Source: Leptolyngbyaceae cyanobacterium
Lineage (GTDB): Bacteria; Cyanobacteriota; Cyanobacteriia; Phormidesmidales; Phormidesmidaceae
Direction of reading: 5' to 3'
NCBI GenBank assembly: GCA_965263355.1
Contig: CBDHHL010000056.1
Span: 2,304,001-2,368,000 of the forward strand
DNA: 64,000 nt
Below the pieces are notes generated by a model. The model saw nothing but the letters and a program-made list of their open reading frames with translations. It had not been told where the DNA came from and did no database searches. Made by a program: the position numbers and the translations under genes. Within the stretch, counting starts at the first letter, position 1. The number at the start of each line of letters is the position of its first letter. This document shows, piece by piece, positions 42,953 to 51,748 of the stretch.

Positions 42953-43672
42953 TTAAGAACAGCCTTCAGCCCATGTAACCGCAGGAAACTGCCCGGTACG
43001 AAACTGAGTGACCTGCCCCTGCTTATCTGTCTCAAACACTAGACTGTACAAGCTACTGCCAGCAGCGTCTGGGGTTAACGTCAGATAACTTCCCTCGGCA
43101 TATGGATGAGGGGTTACGTCAATTTGACCCTCGTAAACTGCCTCAACCTCCTCAACGGTAGACCCAATACCCAAACCACTGAGGGTTTTAACTGAACTAC
43201 CCGGCCAAATATCAATCCGAATCACCTGATCATTGACCACCATTAGGCCAATTCCATCAATCGAACCAACCCGTGCAGCCTTATCAGGATCATAGATTTC
43301 TGGGAAATAGTACTGACAAGCTTCAGACTCCGTCCTGGGAGCTACTACAAAGCTAACTTGAGCAGCATTGGCAGCTTCCTGAACCGTCATCCCCAGTCTG
43401 ACTGGGCCTAAACCATCTAGGGAGATTGGTTCTTTTTCTAGGGGGTGAGGAACATCCAAACGCTGTTGTACTCGACTAATCAGAGTATCAACAGCCGTTG
43501 CCCTAGCCATAATATGGGTCACTAGCGCAGACACAGGACGCAGAGTAGGCAGCTGAGCCCCCACCATGACACAACTGCTCAGGCCCATAGCAGGTACGGT
43601 TGCCAGTAAAAAAGGCTTAACTCTATGGGTAAAACCAGTTAGTAATCGGGACTTTTGAAATCGAGCCATCAT
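42953..43672 (-). CDS. hypothetical exported protein/lipoprotein
   Basis: lipobox-like LSSC; C-terminal EGC. Confidence 0.6.
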   Translation of the reverse strand: MMARFQKSRLLTGFTHRVKPFLLATVPAMGLSSCVMVGAQLPTLRPVSALVTHIMARATAVDTLISRVQQRLDVPHPLEKEPISLDGLGPVRLGMTVQEAANAAQVSFVVAPRTESEACQYYFPEIYDPDKAARVGSIDGIGLMVVNDQVIRIDIWPGSSVKTLSGLGIGSTVEEVEAVYEGQIDVTPHPYAEGSYLTLTPDAAGSSLYSLVFETDKQGQVTQFRTGQFPAVTWAEGCS

Positions 43673-43819
43673 CAGTCACAAAGGCATTGGTCAAGGCATG
43701 ACCAACTGTCAAGAAATAAACACTTACGTAACAGCTTAATAGAAAGAATAATTTAGAAATGTAAGTAATAACGCCTAAACCAATCCTTTTCTGCCTTATC
43801 TTTATATGGGAAATATATT

Positions 43820-45001
43820 TTGATTAATCCTCTACTAAACTATCAGGAGTCCACCGTGTCACAAATTCCGTCTGACCCAGGTCCCAATAATGGTCGCCGT
43901 CGCTTAGTTACAGACGACGAGCTAATAGCAATGTTCGTAGCATTTTTAACCCTGGGAAGTATCTTATTTTGGGGTTTGACTCGGTCCGGAGTTAATTTAT
44001 TTGGCGACGCAAATATACTCAGTGCAGATGGAACTCCTAATCTGGTGGGTGATTTAGATAATAATCTAGCCATCGGCATAGAGCCTGACAGTGATAATGA
44101 TCCAATTGGCTTTGATAGCACAGAAACGCTAGGTACTGCAGGTGCTGGCACTCTCAGAAGTTTAGATCGCTCAACAGAGAAAGTAACACCTCCGAGAGTT
44201 CAACCCAACAATCAAATCACGGTTAGCCCGCCAGAGCCTACCAGTGATACTCGACCATCGGTGACGCCTACATTACCAAAGCAGGCAGCCCAGCCTGCAA
44301 CCCCTGAAAAACCGGCAGCGGCCCCTGAAAAACCGGCGGCAGCTCCTGAAAAACCGGCAGCACCTCTTCCTCCTCTAGAAGTTACCCAGGAAGCATTACA
44401 GTTTACGGATGTCCCGGATGCTTACTGGGCTAAACCTTACATTGACGCTCTGAGCGAGCGAGATGTGTTTGACGGTATTATTGTTGACGGTGTTTCGGAA
44501 GATGACACCTTTAAACCGGATGAGCCTATCAGTCGTGCCCAACTTGCTCGGGCCATTACGAAGGCATTTCCCTTATCAGAAGAAGAATCTGCAATTTCAT
44601 TTTCTGATGTTGCTGATGATTTCTGGGCCTTTGATTTTATCAACGAAGCCGTTAAGGGTGGCTATATGAATGGCTTTCCCGATGGGAGTTTTAAGCCAGA
44701 GTTACCCGTGCCCCGTGATCAGGCACTGACTGCTATGGTCACAGGTACCAATGCTACTGTGCAGGGAGACGCTGCAGAGGTTGTTACCCGTTACAGTGAT
44801 GCTGATGATATTCAGAAATGGGCCATTCCTAAGGTAGCCGCCGCCACCCAATCTGGATTGGTAGTCAATCACCCTGACCTCACTGTCTTGAATCCAAATC
44901 AACCGGCTACTCGGGCTGAAGTAGCGGCCATGATTTATCAGACGTTGGTGGTCCAGGGCAGAATTGATCCAATTGATGGTGAGTATATCGTTCAGCCGTA
45001 A
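43820..45001 (+). CDS. S-layer homology domain protein
   Basis: TM, Pro-rich linker, three SLH repeats (FTDVPDAYWA, FSDVADDFWA, ATRAEVAAMIY). Confidence 0.88.
   Translation: MINPLLNYQESTVSQIPSDPGPNNGRRRLVTDDELIAMFVAFLTLGSILFWGLTRSGVNLFGDANILSADGTPNLVGDLDNNLAIGIEPDSDNDPIGFDSTETLGTAGAGTLRSLDRSTEKVTPPRVQPNNQITVSPPEPTSDTRPSVTPTLPKQAAQPATPEKPAAAPEKPAAAPEKPAAPLPPLEVTQEALQFTDVPDAYWAKPYIDALSERDVFDGIIVDGVSEDDTFKPDEPISRAQLARAITKAFPLSEEESAISFSDVADDFWAFDFINEAVKGGYMNGFPDGSFKPELPVPRDQALTAMVTGTNATVQGDAAEVVTRYSDADDIQKWAIPKVAAATQSGLVVNHPDLTVLNPNQPATRAEVAAMIYQTLVVQGRIDPIDGEYIVQP
44303..44362 (+). repeat. 3 x 21-bp coding repeat (PEKPAAA)
   Basis: CCTGAAAAACCGGC at 44303, 44324, 44345. Confidence 0.9.
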
Positions 45002-45019
45002 ATACTCAGCCATAAGATA

Positions 45020-45637
45020 GTGGACGGTCTGATTACTGGATCTGATGGACAGCCTCGCTGCTGGTGGCCTGGTGATAGTGCTACATATTTGGCCTATCAC
45101 GACCATGAGTGGGGCTATCCAGTTAAAGACGATATTAAACTGTTTGAAAAAATCTGTTTGGAAGGATTTCAGGCAGGGTTGAGCTGGTTAACGATTTTGC
45201 GCAAGCGGAACAATTTTCGAGCTGCTTTTGAACAGTTCAATTTTGAAAAAGTTGCTCATTATACGGAAACTGATGTCGAGCGACTACTTCAAGACGCTGG
45301 TATTGTGCGCCATCGTCGCAAAATCGAATCCACGATTAATAATGCTCAACGGGCCTGCGACTTAGTAGACGAGTGGGGGTCATTGGCGGCTTATTTCTGG
45401 CAATACAAGCCTAATGAACGGCCTACTCGCTTTGACTATGCAACCCTATCCCAGTTGATTAAAACTCCAGAATCCATCGCCTTGAGCAAGGATTTGAAAA
45501 AACGTGGCTGGTCTTTTATTGGTCCAACTACAGCCTATGCTTTTATGCAAGCGATGGGTTTAGTCAACGATCACCTTGAAGGTTGCTGTATCCGTCCCTT
45601 AGTCGAAGAACAACAGACTTTATTTGAGCATCCATGA
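45020..45637 (+). CDS. tag: DNA-3-methyladenine glycosylase I
   Basis: YHDHEWG, LEGFQAGLSW, FMQAMGLVNDH. Confidence 0.95.
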   Translation: MDGLITGSDGQPRCWWPGDSATYLAYHDHEWGYPVKDDIKLFEKICLEGFQAGLSWLTILRKRNNFRAAFEQFNFEKVAHYTETDVERLLQDAGIVRHRRKIESTINNAQRACDLVDEWGSLAAYFWQYKPNERPTRFDYATLSQLIKTPESIALSKDLKKRGWSFIGPTTAYAFMQAMGLVNDHLEGCCIRPLVEEQQTLFEHP

Positions 45638-45756
45638 AGCTCGATGATTTTAAGATTTAATTCTGGGGATAATGCTCAGATGGTACACAGTTGCTGACAA
45701 CTATGAGGCAAACTAAACTCGTCTAACAAGTATCTTGAACGCGTGGAGGTTCCCCC

Positions 45757-47097
45757 TTGGCAGATGCGATCGCAATTTACCTAGTCAACGAAGAGGAACT
45801 TCAGACCGATCATCCTGACAGCATTGTTTGGTGCCAAGCATCTGGATTTTCCGGCCAAGCTGGGAAAACATGTTTAGTCCCCGATGCGACAGGCAACCTC
45901 AGCAAAGTATTAGTAGGCCGCCCTGAGAGAATTGATACATGGACCCTGGCCGCACTACCCAAAACCTTACCAACCGGTAATTACACCCTGGGCAATTCAT
46001 TTGCTGTCAGCAACGCCACAAAACTCTATCTAGGCTGGCAACTGGGGAGCTACAACTTTGATCGCTACAAACTAACTAAAGTCGGGCCGCTCGCCACTCT
46101 ACAAACCCCCAATAATATAGATTTAACCTACGTTAAAGCTGCAACTGAAGCAACCTATCTTGTTCGAGACCTCGTCACTACCCCATCTAACAATATGGGA
46201 CCTGATCAGTTAGAAGAAACCGCCCGTAACCTGGCTGATCGCTACGAAGCCAAAGTACGCGTCATTGCTGGTGGCGATTTAGTGATCGAGAATTACCCAA
46301 TGATCTATGCCGTTGGTAAAGCCAGCACCCGTGCTCCACGGCTGATTGATTTACGTTGGGGAAATCCAGATGCGACCAAAATCACCCTGGTGGGCAAAGG
46401 CGTTTGCTTTGACAGCGGTGGTCTGGATGTGAAATCAGCCACTGGCATGCGTCTCATGAAAAAAGACATGGGAGGTGCGGCCCAAGTATTCGGGTTAGCG
46501 CAAATGATCATGGAAATAGGGTTACCTATCAATTTGCGAGTACTCGTAGCAGCCGTTGAAAATAGTATTGCAGGTAATGCTCTACGGCCCTTAGATATTT
46601 TGACCTCCCGCAAAGGTACCACGATTGAAGTCGGCAACACAGACGCTGAAGGTCGTTTAGTCATGGCCGATGCCCTATGGGAAGCCAGTAGTGAGGAGCC
46701 AGCCTTAATTATCGACTGTGCCACCCTTACAGGTGCTGCCCGCGTGGCCCTTGGCACCGAACTACCGGCCTTTTTCTGCAACCATGACGACACTACTGCC
46801 ACACTGCTTAAGGCAGGTCTAAATCTAGACGACCCACTATGGAATCTCCCCTTACATGATGCCTATCGCTCAATGTTAGATAGCCCCGTTGCCGACATGA
46901 ATAATATTGCCAATGGCTCCTACGGTGGCTCAATTACAGCAGCTCTATTTCTACAAGAATTTATCCAGCCAGATATTCCCTGGGTCCATGTAGACTTCAT
47001 GGCCTATAACCTCCGTAGCCTACCCGGTCGGCCTGAAGGTGGAGAAGCCATGGGCATGCGAGCATTATTTGAGCTGATCAAACAGCACATAGCTTGA
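45757..47097 (+). CDS. M17 leucyl aminopeptidase
   Basis: GKGVCFDSGG, MKKDMGG, NTDAEGRL. Confidence 0.93.
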   Translation: MADAIAIYLVNEEELQTDHPDSIVWCQASGFSGQAGKTCLVPDATGNLSKVLVGRPERIDTWTLAALPKTLPTGNYTLGNSFAVSNATKLYLGWQLGSYNFDRYKLTKVGPLATLQTPNNIDLTYVKAATEATYLVRDLVTTPSNNMGPDQLEETARNLADRYEAKVRVIAGGDLVIENYPMIYAVGKASTRAPRLIDLRWGNPDATKITLVGKGVCFDSGGLDVKSATGMRLMKKDMGGAAQVFGLAQMIMEIGLPINLRVLVAAVENSIAGNALRPLDILTSRKGTTIEVGNTDAEGRLVMADALWEASSEEPALIIDCATLTGAARVALGTELPAFFCNHDDTTATLLKAGLNLDDPLWNLPLHDAYRSMLDSPVADMNNIANGSYGGSITAALFLQEFIQPDIPWVHVDFMAYNLRSLPGRPEGGEAMGMRALFELIKQHIA

Positions 47098-47215
47098 TGG
47101 ATTTTGACGCACAATTTTATAAAAACCACCAGTAAAAATTATTGCGATCAAAAAAGAGCTGCGGTGCCAAACCCAAGTATCCTTTTTACCTTCATTTTTA
47201 TTTTTCTGCGGCTCA

Positions 47216-49978
47216 CTAATTTTCGCGTTCCACCACAATCACGTTCTCAGTCACCTTTTCAAAGGTGTCATCATGGCTAATCACAAACAACTGCTTAAAC
47301 GTCTTCAGTCGAGCAATCGCCTCGGCTAAACTCTCCCGTCGAGGACGATCCATATTGGTCGTAGGTTCATCGAAAAAGGCGATATCAATATCGGCCAGCA
47401 CTTTGAGTAACGCTAAACGCACAGCCAGAGCAGCACACATTTGCTCCCCTCCTGACAAATTGATAAACCGACGTGAGTTCCCCCCTTCTTGGACGACAAT
47501 TTCATAGTCGCGAGTCCATTCCAAGGCTACATTTGGACGGTTGAGCAGTTCTCGAAATAGTCGATCTGCCTCTTGAGAAATTCCCTGTACATAGCGCTCA
47601 GTAATGCGGGGACCAGCTTCTTTATAGGCTTTGCGAGCAAAGTTGATAAACCGTTTAACGCGTTCCTTCTGTTTTAATTCAATTTGAGCGTGATCACGTT
47701 TTTCTACTACCTGCTGCAGAGTCTTAAGCTGCTCCGTAAGTTCTGTCTGTAATTTATGCTGTTGGGGTAAACTGCCGGTAATGCGATCGCACTGAGACTT
47801 TACGTCGGCATAACGCTGTTCTAGCCCTGGCAGTGCCAACGGATCAAAATCAACCGAGAGCTGACTTAACTCTGCCGTCAAACTGGTCTGTTGCTCAGTC
47901 AAATCAATAATCAGCTGATTCGCTATCTCCAAATCAGCACTCAATTGCTTTAACACTTGGGCATCGTTTTCATTTTGGATATAAATCAGGTAGCCTGGCT
48001 GATGTGCCTGACGTAACTGCTGCTGTTGTGCTAGTTCTTGATCTAAATCGGCAAAACCAGAAAGCTGGGCCGTCAAGTCAGCCAGAGTTGTTTCCAACGT
48101 TTCACGATGGGTGAGCAGTCGTTCATAGTCGGCCTCAACGTTATCCATAGCTTGCAGCTGTCCCTGCAACACTTGGCGACGACCGTTGGGGTCCCCCAAT
48201 GATTCCATAGCTTTCTCTAAATCAGTCAAACGCTGATTCAGGGGCTCAAGTTGTTGAAGCTGCTGCTCCAAAGTAGCAAGATCAGTTTGTAGTTTTTGCT
48301 GTTGGGCCATCAGGTCTCTGTGCTTTTGCTTCAGCCGGGGGCGATTCCTTAGCTGTGCTCGATGACCATAGGCCAGATTTAACTGAGTTTGGCCAGACTC
48401 TAAATTGTGCGTGAGTTGCTCAGTATCGACTTGTTCCGAGAGATCATTAAGAATAGTCTCTAGAGCCGACAATGTACTCCGACTTAAGGTTTGGCCAGTT
48501 GCGATCGCAGTTTTCAACTGATCAATCACACCAATAGATAATAGGGGTATTGTCTGCTGGAGTGAATCTAATGCATCAAGGGCGGCGGCTGTTTGTTGCC
48601 CATAGTCTGCTGCTTGAGATTTATGGTTCGTGACCAGCTGTCGTAACTCTGTTTCAAACTGTTGTGCCGTCTCCACACGACTCAGCTGTTGTTGCCAACG
48701 CTGCTGCTGTTGTTCCAAAACAGGAATAGTCTCTACACTTGCTTGAAGGGCATCCAGGGCAGTTAGTTCAGTCTCAGCCTGCTGCATATCTCGCTGGTGG
48801 CTAGACAATTTCTCTTTCAAGTTCTGAGAACGCAACTGCACCTGGGCTAAGGACTGTTGTTTTTTCAGCAGTGCCTGATATTCTGTTTCTAAGTCCTCTT
48901 GCTGCTGACATTGAGGCACCAAATTCACAATCTGAGTTTGGAGCTGACTGCGCTGGGCTAACTTTACCTGTAACCCTGCCATCGTCACCGCTTGCTGATC
49001 GAGATTACGCTGCTGTGTTTGCTGACGCTGCAGCAACTGCTGACGCTGTTTGTTTTTCTGTGTTAACGTCTTCAGAGTATGTTCAACATCTAGATAACAG
49101 CGATGGGCTGATGCATAGGTTTGACAGAGTTCCTGAGCCTGCTGCGACTTTAACCGAGCTTGTTCAAGCACTTGTTGAGCCTGTTGTTTAGCCTCTAGCT
49201 GCAAGCTTAATTGCCGTTGTTGCTGTTGCAAACTCTGTATGTTTTGGGCCTGGGCTGCCAGGGACTCTTTTTGTTTTTGAAGCTGCACCAGGTCCTGCTG
49301 CAAACTAGCTAGCCGTTGTTCGCTAACCGTAATCTCTGCAGAGACACTATCATGACGTGCCTGCACGTTATCTAACGATTGCAACTGCTCTTCATACTGC
49401 TGCAACTGATTTTTGAGCAGGTACACTTGCCCCTCAGCATACCGTCGCAGTGCATTCGAGTCTTTATGGACCTGACGGTATTCCTCAACCTTTAAGACAC
49501 TGTCAAAAATAGGTTTACGCTTTTCAGGACTGAGCAAAAAATCGGCAGTAAAGGTCCCCTGGGGGACCCCAATCGTATTGGCAAATAGCTGCCCTAAATC
49601 TGTGCCGATGGGCACTCCCAAATGCTGCTTTAACCAGGGCTCTACTTCATCTTTAATCCGGCTGTAGTTTAAGCGCTCTCCCAGCTGAGGATCAAATAGG
49701 GTATATCCACGGCTGGTACAGCGTTCTACCTCGTACGTTCGACCATCATAACTAGAGACAAAGGCAACCCTAACTTGGGCACTGCCACTGCCATTACGCA
49801 CCAAATCTTCTTGCCGATAGCTACCCCGATGGTTAAATAATGTCCAGGCGATGGCCTCTAAGATACTGGTTTTACCCGCACCGTTGACACCACAAATAGC
49901 GTTGGTACCCAGTTGAAATTCAAAGTTGCGATCGCGGTGGGTTTTAAAGTTGGTGAGGGTAACCGACAGCAAATACAT
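47216..49978 (-). CDS. SbcC/Rad50-like SMC ATPase
   Basis: Walker A GVNGAGKTS, long coiled coil, LSGGEQ signature, FFDEPT, ISHD. Confidence 0.88.
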   Translation of the reverse strand: MYLLSVTLTNFKTHRDRNFEFQLGTNAICGVNGAGKTSILEAIAWTLFNHRGSYRQEDLVRNGSGSAQVRVAFVSSYDGRTYEVERCTSRGYTLFDPQLGERLNYSRIKDEVEPWLKQHLGVPIGTDLGQLFANTIGVPQGTFTADFLLSPEKRKPIFDSVLKVEEYRQVHKDSNALRRYAEGQVYLLKNQLQQYEEQLQSLDNVQARHDSVSAEITVSEQRLASLQQDLVQLQKQKESLAAQAQNIQSLQQQQRQLSLQLEAKQQAQQVLEQARLKSQQAQELCQTYASAHRCYLDVEHTLKTLTQKNKQRQQLLQRQQTQQRNLDQQAVTMAGLQVKLAQRSQLQTQIVNLVPQCQQQEDLETEYQALLKKQQSLAQVQLRSQNLKEKLSSHQRDMQQAETELTALDALQASVETIPVLEQQQQRWQQQLSRVETAQQFETELRQLVTNHKSQAADYGQQTAAALDALDSLQQTIPLLSIGVIDQLKTAIATGQTLSRSTLSALETILNDLSEQVDTEQLTHNLESGQTQLNLAYGHRAQLRNRPRLKQKHRDLMAQQQKLQTDLATLEQQLQQLEPLNQRLTDLEKAMESLGDPNGRRQVLQGQLQAMDNVEADYERLLTHRETLETTLADLTAQLSGFADLDQELAQQQQLRQAHQPGYLIYIQNENDAQVLKQLSADLEIANQLIIDLTEQQTSLTAELSQLSVDFDPLALPGLEQRYADVKSQCDRITGSLPQQHKLQTELTEQLKTLQQVVEKRDHAQIELKQKERVKRFINFARKAYKEAGPRITERYVQGISQEADRLFRELLNRPNVALEWTRDYEIVVQEGGNSRRFINLSGGEQMCAALAVRLALLKVLADIDIAFFDEPTTNMDRPRRESLAEAIARLKTFKQLFVISHDDTFEKVTENVIVVEREN

Positions 49979-50131
49979 GGTAACCCCCGACTAAATCAGT
50001 AAAGATTGCTTGTGTGCTAACCAGTTTAACTGGTTAGAGAGCAATTAAGACAGCGATCTACATCATCGAAGCAGCAGAACAAACTCAATACCAAAGGATT
50101 CACAGTAAGGTTGCCAATTTTCCTTAAGCCC

Positions 50132-50428
50132 CTAAAAAACATCTAAGTGGACAGAAACATTTGCAGGCTGTCGCAACACTGGTAAAGCCTGCTGCGCCCA
50201 AACTTGCACCTTAGGGTGAGAACTCGTTGCCAACTGACGACACAGCCTAATTGCCTGTGGCAATTGACCACTCTCTTTATAAGCGCGCACCAACCAAATA
50301 TTTGCTGAATAATAAAGTTTGCTGGGTGGACGGGCTTGGGACGCAACATATTTCAAGCCACTAATACCTTCCTGGAATTGTCCAACCCTGACTGCATCTA
50401 TAGCAGCCGTCAGCATCTCCTGTGACAT
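50132..50428 (-). CDS. small TPR-like hypothetical protein
   Basis: helical pattern WLVRAYKESGQLPQAIRLC. Confidence 0.6.
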   Translation of the reverse strand: MSQEMLTAAIDAVRVGQFQEGISGLKYVASQARPPSKLYYSANIWLVRAYKESGQLPQAIRLCRQLATSSHPKVQVWAQQALPVLRQPANVSVHLDVF

Positions 50429-51748
50429 ATCGTCTTGCTCTCACCTATTTGTAATGTGTAAATTGCCTGCCGATGATCTGATGCAATGCAGAAGCACCCT
50501 ATCGCGCGAAACATGACTGAGTTCCATGTGAACAAATCGGATCTATCAAACCACCATGAGCCCTATGACAGGCCATCGCTTATCAGCCGTAAAACTTGCC
50601 CACAACAAGAATGAAATACTCTTCACTCCACAAAACCCTGTCCCCAAATTTTCGTTTTACCCTTAAAGTTATCTCTTTAGAAATCCTGACACCCAAGTTT
50701 GTTCCTTACAGCCAAGAATTAAGCTATATTACTGAGTCAACACAAAGCCGCAAAAACACAGTATTTGCAACCACCCACAGCACTAAAATACACCTAATTG
50801 CAAACTCAACTTAGGTGTCAATATGGAATGTGCATTAAATACAGACAGTCACCTACATGAGTATAAAAATGGTAGAAGCTTTTTATCGTCTGAGTATCAG
50901 ACCCTCTGCTTCTTATAGTATCGTCAGCAAGAGATTATGATTCCCCCAGTATTCTTGATGCAATACATCACCTTTAGGCGCAGTAATCTTTTAATTATTA
51001 CCTAAAAAAATAAATAACTAGAAGCACCCAAAAATTCAAACATAATCAATACTTTTATCTAACTGCTTTACTTCAAAAAATAGGTAAAATTCTATCGGCC
51101 AAATGGCTGCACCGGTTATTCACAGGATAGATAACTCAGATTGAGTCCTTGCTTTAGAAAATACGTGTAACTGACGCGAAAGCAATACCTACATCCAATA
51201 ACCATCTAAGTATTTGTTCAAACATTTAAGTAGTCTTACGGAATATTTTCGCCTTAAAATCCGCTAATTGGCTGAGACATATCAATAATTTTTTATTGAT
51301 CAGAAAAATTTTATGTTCGTGAGGCAAAATTAACCTGATAAACACGGTTTTCAGGGAACAATCCCTTTTGAAATTTTAAGCAATAGTACTAATCGCCGTT
51401 CAAAAAATATCAACTCTATTTGATGACTCAATAAGCCTTCTACGAGTTTTTATGCATGGCCCACAATATTTGACGTACCAAATCTTTTTGATGCTAGCCA
51501 ACAGAGGGGATCACCCTCTAGACCATCCGCAAAAACTTCTATTATGTTGAGAATGCAAAGGGTCTGTCCCCAAGAACACTAAGGGTACTTACTGACGGGC
51601 ATCCGTGATGTTCTTGAAAGTTCAGAGAGATTTTGTGATTTGTAGAGTGGTTTCCCTCAGAAAAAACAGTCTATTTGACAGTGCTGTTCTCCTTGATTAC
51701 AGGAAATATGTATAACACCTACGAAATAACCATTGGAATATATGAATT

